Shown one piece after another: positions 19,489 through 29,033 of a DNA stretch of 64,000 nucleotides; position 1 is the stretch's first letter, and every line of letters starts with the position of its first letter. The notes under the pieces were generated by a model, which had not been told where the DNA came from, made no database searches, and was given only the letters and a program-made list of their open reading frames with translations. The translations under genes were made by a program, and so were the position numbers. The DNA comes from an archaeon BMS3Abin17 (lineage in GTDB: Archaea; Nanobdellota; Nanobdellia; Pacearchaeales; GW2011-AR1): positions 1,605 to 65,604 of the forward strand of contig BDTJ01000044.1 of the NCBI GenBank assembly GCA_002897655.1, given 5' to 3'.

Positions 19489-22400
19489 ATGGTAGAAGAT
19501 AAAAAACACTCAATTGTAAAAAAATATCTGGAAGGACACTCATTAGTAGAATCAAATATAATTTCTTTTAATAATTTCATTGAAAAAAGAGTTCAGGAGA
19601 TTGTTGATGAAATATCAGAGACAATAAACAACGAGGATTTTGAAATAACTCTTGGAAAAATAGAGGTTAAGAAACCTCTTGTTATAGAGGCTGATGGAAG
19701 CTCGTCTTTTATAACTCCTTCTGAGGCAAGATTAAGAAACCTTACATATTCTGCACCAGTAACTCTTGAATTAACTGTTAAAAAAGACAACCAGGTTGAC
19801 TCAGAGATAGTTGAGATAGGAAGAATACCTATCATGGTAAAGAGCAAGGCGTGCAATACTTATGGAATGTCTAAAGAAGAACTAATTGGAAATTACATGG
19901 ATCCAATAGACCCTGGAGGATATTTTATAATTAAAGGAAATGAGAGAGTAATGGTTATGGCAGAAGACCTTGCTGAAAACCAACCTTTTGTTGAGACAAA
20001 CAACAAAGGTGAATTAGTTCTCAAAATGTTCTCTTTAAAAGGAACCTATAGAATACCTGTAACACTTACAGAAAATAAAGAGGGGATATCAAATGTTTCT
20101 TTTAGCAGATTCAAGGACATACCTTCAATAGTTATTCTAAAGGCATTAGGTCTGACAAAAGAATCAGACATTGCAAAATACATTGGAAAGGAAACTGACA
20201 GTGTTATTGTTAATCTTTATGAGTTTGTAAATATAGCTACAAAAGAAGACGCTATGATGCATATTGCAGAACAGACAAATCTGCAAGGAACAAGAAAAGA
20301 AATACTAGACAGAGTAAAGCAGAGAATTGATTCTTATTTATTCCCCCATATCGGACAGAAAAAAGAAGACAGAATAAAAAAAGCAGTAACCTTATGCAAA
20401 CTTATAAGACAATTTTTGATAGCAAAAAGAAATCCTGAGTTAAGAACAGACAAGGATCATTATGCAAACAAGAGAGTAAGACTTTCAGGGGATTTGCTTG
20501 CTACATTATTCAGAGTTAATCTTGGGATTTTAATAAGAGATATTCAATATTCACTTCAAAAATCTGCTAAGAGAAAAAAATTCTTCTCTATTAAGATAAT
20601 TGCTAAATCAACTTTATTCTCACATAGGATAGAATCTGCGATCGCCACAGGAAGCTGGACAGGAGAGAGAACAGGTGTAACACAGAACATGCAGAAAACA
20701 AATTATCTGGATACAATCTCACAATTACAGAGAGTAGCAAGTATGTTGCCTTCAGACCAGGAAAACTTCTTGGCAAGAACACTTCATCCTACTCATTATG
20801 GAAGATTCTGCCCTATAGAAACTCCTGAAGGAACAGAAATTGGTTTGAGAAAAAATCTGGCAATTTTAGCACGAGTCTCTACAAGAGTAGAACTTGAAGA
20901 GAGCAAATTCCTAAAAGAATTAGAATCAAATGGATTAAACCTTGATGAAGATAAAGGAACTGATGTATTTTTTAATGGAAGGTTTATAGGAGTTGTAGAG
21001 AATGCAAAAGATTTTGTTAAAAAATTAAGGGAAAGAAGGAGAAATAACCAGCTTCCAATTCAACTGAGTGTAAGGGATGATTCTAATTTTGAATCTGTCC
21101 TGATTTCTACAGAGCCGGGAAGAGTTCTAAGGCCTCTAATAATTGTTGAGGAAGGAGTTTCAAGATTAAAAAAAGAGCATTTAGTCAAATTAGACCAGAA
21201 TGAATTAAAATGGGCTGATTTAATAAACCAGCAAATAATAGAATATCTTGATGCTTCAGAAGAGGAAAATGCACTTGTTGCATTATATGAAGAAGAAATA
21301 ACCCCAAGCCACACCCATCTTGAAGTAGATAGCATAGATTTATTCGGGGTTGTAACAAGTATTGTTCCATACATCAATCATGACCAAAGCCCAAGATTAA
21401 TAAAAGGGACTAAGACTCAAAAGCAGGCTCTTGGATTATATTCTGCCAATTATCTCTGCAGACTTGACACAGATGTAAGTATTCTTCAATACCCTCAAAA
21501 ACCAATTGTCAGAAGTTTTGTTTATGATACTCTAAAAACCTATCCTGCAGGACAAAATCTTGTTGTTGCAATCATGACTCATGAGGGTTATAATATGGAA
21601 GACGCACTTGTCTTTAATAAAGGAAGCCTTGACAGAGGAGTTGGAAGAAGCTTTTACTTCAGGCCTTATTCTGCAGTAGAAATGAATTATGCAGGAGGAT
21701 TAAAAGATACTATCGGAATACCTGAAAAAGATACATCTGGATATAAGATGGAGGCCAGCTACAAGCATCTAGAAAATGATGGAATAATCTATCCTGAAGC
21801 AGAAGTAGACGAAGGGGAGGTTCTTATTGGAAAAATGTCTCCTCCAAAATTCTTGTCAGAAGCAAGAGAGATTTCAGTAAGAACAAAAAAAGAATCTAGT
21901 GTTACAATGAGGCAAGAGGAAAAAGGAATTATTGAATCTGTTTTTGTAACAGAAGATGCTGAAGGGAACAAGATTGTCCAAGTTAAAACAAGAGATCAAA
22001 GAATCCCAGAGTTAGGAGATAAATTTGCTACATCTCACGGACAAAAAGGAGTTATTGGGATGATTGTTCCTGAAGAAGATGTTCCATTTACATCAAGTGG
22101 GATAAGACCAGATGTAATATTCAATCCACATGGACTTCCTAGTAGAATGACTGTAGGTTATCTTTTAGAATTACTAGCAGGAAAAGTTGGTTGTTTGAAA
22201 GGAGAAGTAATTGATGGTACTGCATTTTCAGGAAGAAGCAAAAAAGAATTAGAAGAGCAGATGAAAGAATTAGGATTTCGGTCTGATGGAAAAGAAACAA
22301 TGTACAATGGGGTTACAGGGAAGAGAATTGTATCAAAAATATTTGTAGGAAACTTATATTATCTAAAACTAAAATATATGGTTGCAAATAAGTTGCATGG

Positions 22401-22746
22401 AAGAGCCTCTGGAAAAATAGCTCTTTTAACAAGACAACCTATTGAAGGAAGATCAAGAGGGGGGGCACTTAGATTAGGTGAGATGGAACAGCAGGCATTA
22501 GTTGCACATGGTGCATCTTTATTGCTGAAAGAAAGATATGATTCTGATAAAGTAACACTTCCAATATGCACAAAATGCGGCTCTATTGCAATAGAAGACA
22601 ACATAAGAGATAAGATAATCTGCCCTGTTTGCAGCAGCGAGGATGTAGAACATATTGAGGTTTCATATGCATTTAAATTATTGATAGAAGAATTACAAGG
22701 ATTGCACATTCATACAACCTTTGATTTAAAAAATAAATACGAATAA
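19489..22746 (+). CDS. rpoB: DNA-directed RNA polymerase subunit B (unsplit)
   Basis: Rpb2-like motifs throughout, and a C-terminal zinc ribbon CxxC...CxxC. Length 1085 aa. Confidence 0.95.
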   Translation: MVEDKKHSIVKKYLEGHSLVESNIISFNNFIEKRVQEIVDEISETINNEDFEITLGKIEVKKPLVIEADGSSSFITPSEARLRNLTYSAPVTLELTVKKDNQVDSEIVEIGRIPIMVKSKACNTYGMSKEELIGNYMDPIDPGGYFIIKGNERVMVMAEDLAENQPFVETNNKGELVLKMFSLKGTYRIPVTLTENKEGISNVSFSRFKDIPSIVILKALGLTKESDIAKYIGKETDSVIVNLYEFVNIATKEDAMMHIAEQTNLQGTRKEILDRVKQRIDSYLFPHIGQKKEDRIKKAVTLCKLIRQFLIAKRNPELRTDKDHYANKRVRLSGDLLATLFRVNLGILIRDIQYSLQKSAKRKKFFSIKIIAKSTLFSHRIESAIATGSWTGERTGVTQNMQKTNYLDTISQLQRVASMLPSDQENFLARTLHPTHYGRFCPIETPEGTEIGLRKNLAILARVSTRVELEESKFLKELESNGLNLDEDKGTDVFFNGRFIGVVENAKDFVKKLRERRRNNQLPIQLSVRDDSNFESVLISTEPGRVLRPLIIVEEGVSRLKKEHLVKLDQNELKWADLINQQIIEYLDASEEENALVALYEEEITPSHTHLEVDSIDLFGVVTSIVPYINHDQSPRLIKGTKTQKQALGLYSANYLCRLDTDVSILQYPQKPIVRSFVYDTLKTYPAGQNLVVAIMTHEGYNMEDALVFNKGSLDRGVGRSFYFRPYSAVEMNYAGGLKDTIGIPEKDTSGYKMEASYKHLENDGIIYPEAEVDEGEVLIGKMSPPKFLSEAREISVRTKKESSVTMRQEEKGIIESVFVTEDAEGNKIVQVKTRDQRIPELGDKFATSHGQKGVIGMIVPEEDVPFTSSGIRPDVIFNPHGLPSRMTVGYLLELLAGKVGCLKGEVIDGTAFSGRSKKELEEQMKELGFRSDGKETMYNGVTGKRIVSKIFVGNLYYLKLKYMVANKLHGRASGKIALLTRQPIEGRSRGGALRLGEMEQQALVAHGASLLLKERYDSDKVTLPICTKCGSIAIEDNIRDKIICPVCSSEDVEHIEVSYAFKLLIEELQGLHIHTTFDLKNKYE

Positions 22747-22747
22747 G

Positions 22748-22978
22748 ATGAGTAAAGAAGAAACAACATATAATTTAAGAAAGGATAGGATTGGAGAAGA
22801 TGAAGTTACATTTAGTGTTGAAGATATCAACAACATAGCAAAACGCGACCCCGACACCGCAGTAAGATTATATAGTGAATTAAAACATGGTGGGAAAGAG
22901 CCTCCAAGTGCAAGATATACTATAAAATCAAATCAAACTGGGTCAAAAGATATTTTAAAAGTATGGGGGCCCCAATAA
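22748..22978 (+). CDS. hypothetical 76-aa protein encoded between rpoB and rpoA
   Basis: Sits 1 nt after the rpoB stop and abuts the rpoA start. Charged, protein-like composition. Confidence 0.45.
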   Translation: MSKEETTYNLRKDRIGEDEVTFSVEDINNIAKRDPDTAVRLYSELKHGGKEPPSARYTIKSNQTGSKDILKVWGPQ

Positions 22979-25900
22979 ATGGCAAAAATAATAAGAAAAA
23001 AAGTTGGAGCAGTTAGATTTTCATTGCTTAATCCTGATAAGATTAAGAAATTATCAGCTGTAAAAATAGTAACTCCTGAACTTTACAATATTGATGGTTA
23101 TCCTGTTGACGGAGGACTTATGGATTTGAAACTTGGAGCAATAGACCCTGGAATGAGGTGCAGAACCTGTGGGGGAAGATTAAAGGAATGTCTTGGACAT
23201 TCTGGAAGCATTGATTTAGCAAGACCTGTTATGCACTTAAAATATATCCCTTTAATAGAATTAGGATTAAGATGCTTTTGCCATGACTGTGGAAAATTAA
23301 TGATGGCTGATAAGGACCTGGAAAAATACACTCCAAGTGAAAGAGCAAAAAAAGCAAAAGATGGAAAAAAATGCCCACATTGCAATGCAGCACATGATAA
23401 AGTCAAGATTGACAAACCAACTAGTTTTTATACAGGTAAAAAAAGAATATTCCCGACAGAAATAAGAGAGATATTAGTTAATATTCCAGATGAGGAATTA
23501 AAAAAGATAGGTGTTAATTCAGAAACATGCAGGCCTGAATGGGCTGTATTGACCACACTGTTAGTTCCTCCTGTAACTGTAAGGCCCAGTATTATTCTTG
23601 AATCAGGAGAGAGAAGTGAGGATGATTTAACACATAAACTATCAGATATTATACGAGCCAATCAAAGACTTTGGGAAAATCTTAATGCAGGTGCTCCTGA
23701 AGTAATTATTGAGGATTTATGGGACTTATTGCAATTCCATATTACAACATTTTTTGATAATACTGTTGCAAGAATTCCTCCTGCAAGACATAGAAGCGGA
23801 CAACCATTAAAGACAATAACAGAGAGAATTAAAGGTAAAGAAGGAAGAATTAGAAAAAACATTGCAGGTAAGAGGGTTAATTATTCAGGAAGGACAGTTA
23901 TATCTCCTGACACTTCAATAGAAATCAACGAAGTAGGAGTTCCTTATGAAATTGCAAAAGTTGTTACTGTTTCTGAAACTATTACTGATTTGAATATGAA
24001 TAAATTAAAACAATTAATTGAAAAATCAGAAGAATACCCCGGAGCAAATTATATTATAAGACCTGATGGAAAAAGAAAAAAGATTTCACCTGAGCTTAAA
24101 GAAGAAATAATTAGTGAGCTTACACCAGGATACAAAGTTGAAAGGCACCTGCAAGATGGAGATATTGTACTTTTCAACAGACACCCAAGCCTGCACAGGG
24201 GAAGTTTAATGGCTCATTATGTAAGGGTCTTGCCAGGGAGAACATTCAGACTACATCCTGCAACAACATTTCCCTATAATGCTGACTTTGATGGTGATGA
24301 GATGAATATACACTCTCCACAGACAGAAGAGGCAAGAGCAGAGGCAAAAGTGCTTCTTGATGTTAAGAAAAATTTAATGTCTCCTAAAAATAATACAAAC
24401 CTTTTAGGCTCTAAGGCAGATGCAATCACAGGAGCTTATTTACTTGGGATAGATGAGCTTACTGGAGATTATGCAAACCAACTTTTATTCAAATCAGGAA
24501 TTAAAAAGCAGGTTTCTAAGAAGAATATCTCTGGAACAGATGTGTTTTCTGAAATATTGCCTAAGATTAATTTTTCAAATAATTCTGTGAAAATAAAGGA
24601 TGGAAATATTATTAGTGGAAAAATAGACAAAACTCTTTTTGGTGAAGAGGACGGGGAATTAATTCAAGAACTTGATAAGGAGGTTGGAAGAGAAGAAACT
24701 ATTGACATAATAAAAAAGGTGTTTAGTTTAGGAACAAATTATATTACAGACAGAGGTATAACAATCTCTGTTAATGATTTGGATTTAGAAGAAAATGTTG
24801 TTGAAGCAGGGATAGAGATTACTAAAAAAGCTGAGAAGAAAACAGAAGATATAATCAAATCTTACAAAGAAGGCACTCTTGAAGTAATTCCTGGTAAGAC
24901 AAGAGAAGAATCAAGAGAGATAAATATATTGCAGGTTTTAAATGAGGTTAGAACAAAAATTGGTGCGATTGCCAAGAGAGAATTCCCAAAAGATAATCCT
25001 GTTAACCACATGATTCAATCAGGAGGGGGTGGAAATATATTAAATATAGCTCAGATGGCTTGTTGTGTTGGACAGCAGGCCTTATGGGGCAAGAGAATTG
25101 ATATAGGATATACAAAAAGAACATTATCCTTCTTTAAGCAAGGAGATTTATCTCCAAAATCAAGAGGGTTTATATCAAATCCTTTTATAAAAGGGTTAAG
25201 ACCTGATGAATTTTTCTTCGGGGCAATTACAGGAAGAGATTCTTTAATGGATACTGCATTAAGAACTCCTAAATCAGGCTATTTATATAGAAGATTAGCC
25301 AATGCCCTTCAAGATTTAAGAATAGAATATGACGGGACAATAAGAGATAGCAACAACAACATAATACAATATAAATATGGCGGAGACGGGTTAGATGTGT
25401 CTAAACTTCATATTAAAGGTAAGTTAGAATCAGGTGAAGCAATTGGAATTATTACTGCTCAATCATTTGGTGAGCCTTCAACACAAATGGCATTAAGTGT
25501 ATTTCATTTTGCAGGTGTCCAGGAGATGCAGGTTACAATGGGTCTTCCAAGATTAATTGAGATTCTTGATGCCAGGAAAAAGCCCTCATCTCCAAAAATG
25601 GAGATTTATCTTAATCAGGATTATAATAATGAAAAAGATGCGAGAATTTTTGCTGAGAAAATAAAAGAAGTAACAATAAAAGAGATTTCTTCAGAAATAA
25701 ATCTTGATTTCAGTGATAAAAAGATTGAAATAAAAATTGACAAAGAAGCATTAAGGCAGACACATACACCTATTAAGAAAGTTGTTGAGAAGCTTAATGA
25801 TTTAGGATTTAAAGCAAAGGAGAAAACAGATGCAATAGTGCTAAATGCTTCTGAATATAGTTTTAGAGAGATATATAAGTTAAAAGAAAAGTTTAAAGAG

Positions 25901-26467
25901 ACAATAATTTCAGGGATTAAGGGAGTAAGCCAAATTTTAATTGTAAAAAAAGAAAGAGACTATGTTGTAATGACTTTAGGAACAAGTCTAAAGAAAATAA
26001 TTGAATTAAAAGAAGTGAACAAGAATAAACTAATCTCTAATGATTTTCACGAGGTTGCAGGTGTCTTTGGAATTGAGACAGCAAAACAATTAATAATTGA
26101 AGAAATAAAAAATGTTATCAATACTCAGGGGCTTGATATTGATATGAGGCATTTAAATCTTGTTGCAGATGCAATGACAAATACCGGAAGTGTGAAAGGA
26201 GTTACAAGAATGGGAATTATAGCTCAAAAAGAATCAATACTTGCAAGAGCAACATTTGAGACACCAGACAAGCAGTTTGTGAATGCATCTATAAAAGGGA
26301 GCAAGGACAAATTGACAAGTGTTATAGAAAATATAATTCTTAATCAGCCAGTTCCAATTGGAACAGGATTACCAGGACTTCTTGTAAAAGTTGTTGGACC
26401 TTTGACAAAAAAAGAAGAAGACAAAAAGACAGCTAAAACAAAAGTAGTTGAGAAAGTAAATAAATAA
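22979..26467 (+). CDS. rpoA: DNA-directed RNA polymerase subunit A, fused A' + A'' in a single ORF
   Basis: N-terminal Rpb1 zinc motif and clamp sequence. The A''-type segment GEPSTQMALSVFHFAG...LPRLIEI continues in frame after the A'-type region, with no stop. Confidence 0.9.
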   Translation: MAKIIRKKVGAVRFSLLNPDKIKKLSAVKIVTPELYNIDGYPVDGGLMDLKLGAIDPGMRCRTCGGRLKECLGHSGSIDLARPVMHLKYIPLIELGLRCFCHDCGKLMMADKDLEKYTPSERAKKAKDGKKCPHCNAAHDKVKIDKPTSFYTGKKRIFPTEIREILVNIPDEELKKIGVNSETCRPEWAVLTTLLVPPVTVRPSIILESGERSEDDLTHKLSDIIRANQRLWENLNAGAPEVIIEDLWDLLQFHITTFFDNTVARIPPARHRSGQPLKTITERIKGKEGRIRKNIAGKRVNYSGRTVISPDTSIEINEVGVPYEIAKVVTVSETITDLNMNKLKQLIEKSEEYPGANYIIRPDGKRKKISPELKEEIISELTPGYKVERHLQDGDIVLFNRHPSLHRGSLMAHYVRVLPGRTFRLHPATTFPYNADFDGDEMNIHSPQTEEARAEAKVLLDVKKNLMSPKNNTNLLGSKADAITGAYLLGIDELTGDYANQLLFKSGIKKQVSKKNISGTDVFSEILPKINFSNNSVKIKDGNIISGKIDKTLFGEEDGELIQELDKEVGREETIDIIKKVFSLGTNYITDRGITISVNDLDLEENVVEAGIEITKKAEKKTEDIIKSYKEGTLEVIPGKTREESREINILQVLNEVRTKIGAIAKREFPKDNPVNHMIQSGGGGNILNIAQMACCVGQQALWGKRIDIGYTKRTLSFFKQGDLSPKSRGFISNPFIKGLRPDEFFFGAITGRDSLMDTALRTPKSGYLYRRLANALQDLRIEYDGTIRDSNNNIIQYKYGGDGLDVSKLHIKGKLESGEAIGIITAQSFGEPSTQMALSVFHFAGVQEMQVTMGLPRLIEILDARKKPSSPKMEIYLNQDYNNEKDARIFAEKIKEVTIKEISSEINLDFSDKKIEIKIDKEALRQTHTPIKKVVEKLNDLGFKAKEKTDAIVLNASEYSFREIYKLKEKFKETIISGIKGVSQILIVKKERDYVVMTLGTSLKKIIELKEVNKNKLISNDFHEVAGVFGIETAKQLIIEEIKNVINTQGLDIDMRHLNLVADAMTNTGSVKGVTRMGIIAQKESILARATFETPDKQFVNASIKGSKDKLTSVIENIILNQPVPIGTGLPGLLVKVVGPLTKKEEDKKTAKTKVVEKVNK

Positions 26468-26585
26468 TTTTAACAGCCATAAGTTTATAAAACATATACC
26501 TCTAAGATTTTTATAAAACAACAAAATTTATTTGTAAATTTTGAGCATTTAAATTTCAAAATACCGATAGAGATAAAATTTAAAC

Positions 26586-27002
26586 ATGGGGAAAACAATT
26601 AATATGCAGGATATGAGGTATCTTAACTTGTTCAGGAAGATGACAAGGATAAGCACGAGATTCTGTTTTAAATATAACGAAACAATAGTTTTTTGTGTCC
26701 CAAAAAATATGATTTCAAAAGCACTTGGGGAAAATGGAAGAAATATAAAAAAAATGAGTGAGATTCTCAGAAAAAAGATAAAGATTGTCCCAAAACCAAG
26801 AAACATTGAGGATTCAAAGATATTTATTCAGGCAATTGTAAATCCAGTCAGATTCAAGGATTTAAATATCAATGACAATGAAATGATTTTGACTGCAGGA
26901 AACCAGAGCAAGGCAGCATTGATAGGCAGAAACAAGAGAAGACTTTTAGAAATGCAGGAGATTGTCAGAGATTTCTTCGGAAAAGAGTTTAGGATTGTTT
27001 AA
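26586..27002 (+). CDS. nusA: transcription termination/antitermination factor NusA, archaeal KH-domain type
   Basis: About 140 aa with two KH-like modules, in the canonical position after rpoA. Confidence 0.75.
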   Translation: MGKTINMQDMRYLNLFRKMTRISTRFCFKYNETIVFCVPKNMISKALGENGRNIKKMSEILRKKIKIVPKPRNIEDSKIFIQAIVNPVRFKDLNINDNEMILTAGNQSKAALIGRNKRRLLEMQEIVRDFFGKEFRIV

Positions 27003-27041
27003 AACACAACTTTTAAAAATTGTAATATTAAGAGAATCTAT

Positions 27042-27308
27042 ATGGATTCCAAAGATTGTCTTATAGGTAAAAGGATAAGTCTCTCAAAAGAGCAGAATTA
27101 TATGTTAAGGGTTGTTGATAAGTCCCAGGGGATCAAAAAGAATGAATTAATAGCTATAACTGGTCTTGACTTGTTTGTTGATAAATCAAAAGTGGAAATG
27201 GAATTTAACAAATTAGTAAAAAGAAGTCTCATCCATAATCATCCAATCTTTGGTCCTGATGGAGAAATTATTGGGAGGTCAGAATATTATGAATCAGCAT
27301 ATCTTTAA
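27042..27308 (+). CDS. hypothetical protein (possible winged-helix)
   Basis: 88-aa ORF between nusA and rps12. Confidence 0.35.
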   Translation: MDSKDCLIGKRISLSKEQNYMLRVVDKSQGIKKNELIAITGLDLFVDKSKVEMEFNKLVKRSLIHNHPIFGPDGEIIGRSEYYESAYL

Positions 27309-27436
27309 TCCTCTCAAAAAGGTTTAAAAACTAATTTTAGTATCAATATTTATCTATGTCAGAAATTAAAAATTTCTGAGCATCTAAAAATCCAGACTGT
27401 GCCTACGCACAGAAAAGATTAAAGGATTTTAAGAAA

Positions 27437-27859
27437 ATGGGATTAAAAAGCGCTTTAAAGTTAAAACAGATAAGAAAGAAATTCAGATGGAAAGACAGGC
27501 ATTACAAAGTGAAAACTCTTAATCTTTATGCTAAATCAGACCCTCTAAAAGGAGCAAATCAGGCAAAAGGAATTGTTCTTCAAAAAATTCAAAAAGAAGC
27601 AAAACAGCCAAATTCTGCAATGAGAAAGTGCTGCAAGGTCCAATTAACTAAGAATGGAAGGCAGGTTACTGCATTTATTCCAGGAAATCTTGCACAAAGA
27701 TTTATCGACGAACACGACGAAGTAATGATTGAAAGAATTGGTGGAAAGCAAGGAAGAAGTAAGGGAGATATTCCGGGTGTTAGATTTCAAGTTATTAAAG
27801 TAAATGATCAGCCTCTGCACAGACTTGTAAAAGGCAAGATAGAAAAAGGTAGAAGATAA
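27437..27859 (+). CDS. rps12: 30S ribosomal protein uS12
   Basis: [17 protein letters not shown] core. Confidence 0.9.
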   Translation: MGLKSALKLKQIRKKFRWKDRHYKVKTLNLYAKSDPLKGANQAKGIVLQKIQKEAKQPNSAMRKCCKVQLTKNGRQVTAFIPGNLAQRFIDEHDEVMIERIGGKQGRSKGDIPGVRFQVIKVNDQPLHRLVKGKIEKGRR

Positions 27860-27997
27860 TGAGTGGAATAGAAAATCCTTTTATCTCAGCAACAAATATT
27901 GAAAGATATTATAAGGAGAGAGGTAAGAAAAATATACCAATATATGAAAGTAAAAAGACAATTGATAACATATTAAAAAATATAAGTAATAATTAAA

Positions 27998-28597
27998 ATG
28001 ACACAACAGTTTAAGATTTTCGACTTGTATGACATAAGCAATATAAATATAGAAGATCCTGGATTAAAGAGTGCTATAAATCTGCAGCCTAAATTAGTTC
28101 TTAAAAGTCATGGAAGAAATGTCCAAAAATTAGGGCAGATAAAAATAAATATTGTTGAGAGATTAATGAACAAACTTGCTGTTGCAGGACACAGAGGTAA
28201 AAAACACAGAATTGGTTTTGGAAGATCAACAGGAAAGTATACAAAAAATATGAAGACTGTTCTGGAAGCATTTAAGCTAATAGAAAAGAGGATTCAGAAA
28301 AATCCTGTTGAGGTATTGGTCAAGGCTATTGAAAAAGCTGCACCAAGAGATGAGATAACAGTAATTGAATATGGCGGAGCAAGATATCCTCAAGCAGTTG
28401 ATGTCTCTCCATTAAGAAGAGTTAATATTGCATTAAAACATATTATTCACGGGGCATCTGACAAGGCATTTAACAAGAAAAAAACAATTGCACAGGGATT
28501 AGCAGAAGAAATCATTCTTACATATGAAGATAATGGTGAGAGTTTTGCCTTGAGAAAAAAGAACGAGGCAGAAAAACAAGCTGATAGTGCTAGGTAA
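27998..28597 (+). CDS. rps7: 30S ribosomal protein uS7
   Basis: uS7-like sequence in its canonical position. Confidence 0.9.
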   Translation: MTQQFKIFDLYDISNINIEDPGLKSAINLQPKLVLKSHGRNVQKLGQIKINIVERLMNKLAVAGHRGKKHRIGFGRSTGKYTKNMKTVLEAFKLIEKRIQKNPVEVLVKAIEKAAPRDEITVIEYGGARYPQAVDVSPLRRVNIALKHIIHGASDKAFNKKKTIAQGLAEEIILTYEDNGESFALRKKNEAEKQADSAR

Positions 28598-28644
28598 TTC
28601 ATCGCAATAATCCTTATAAACTAATTATTGAATTTCTCATTAAG

Positions 28645-28956
28645 ATGTTTGCCCTGTTAAAAGATTCATGGTATTTTCTTGTTGGCTGGGAAAGTGAGGA
28701 TATATTAGAAAAAACAGGTATTGTGAATGAATCAAAAAAGAATGGAGTATTTGATTGTTTAAAAATAGTTGTGGATAATGATTCATTTTATAGTGCAGAA
28801 AAGTACGAAAAGGATATTCCAGAAAACGGTAAAAAAGTGAATGTGAAATATAGAGAAAGGATATCTGGCATTATTGAGCTGGGATTGGATAAGTTCTTTG
28901 GTCAGGATATTCCAAAAAAACACAATAAATTGCTGGAAATAAAAGTATTAGAATAA
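28645..28956 (+). CDS. hypothetical protein
   Basis: 103-aa ORF between rps7 and the EF-2 gene. Confidence 0.35.
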   Translation: MFALLKDSWYFLVGWESEDILEKTGIVNESKKNGVFDCLKIVVDNDSFYSAEKYEKDIPENGKKVNVKYRERISGIIELGLDKFFGQDIPKKHNKLLEIKVLE

Positions 28957-29033
28957 AAGTTTCTTAAGAAACTTTTATAAAGTAATTTTAGCAACAATAT
29001 TTATTCTAAGTGTTTTAGAGGAGTTATAATATT

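Noticed and set aside
22979-26467. Intein as the explanation for the long rpoA ORF
   Set aside because: The ORF is shorter than A' plus A'' combined and has no intein boundary motifs. The length comes from gene fusion.
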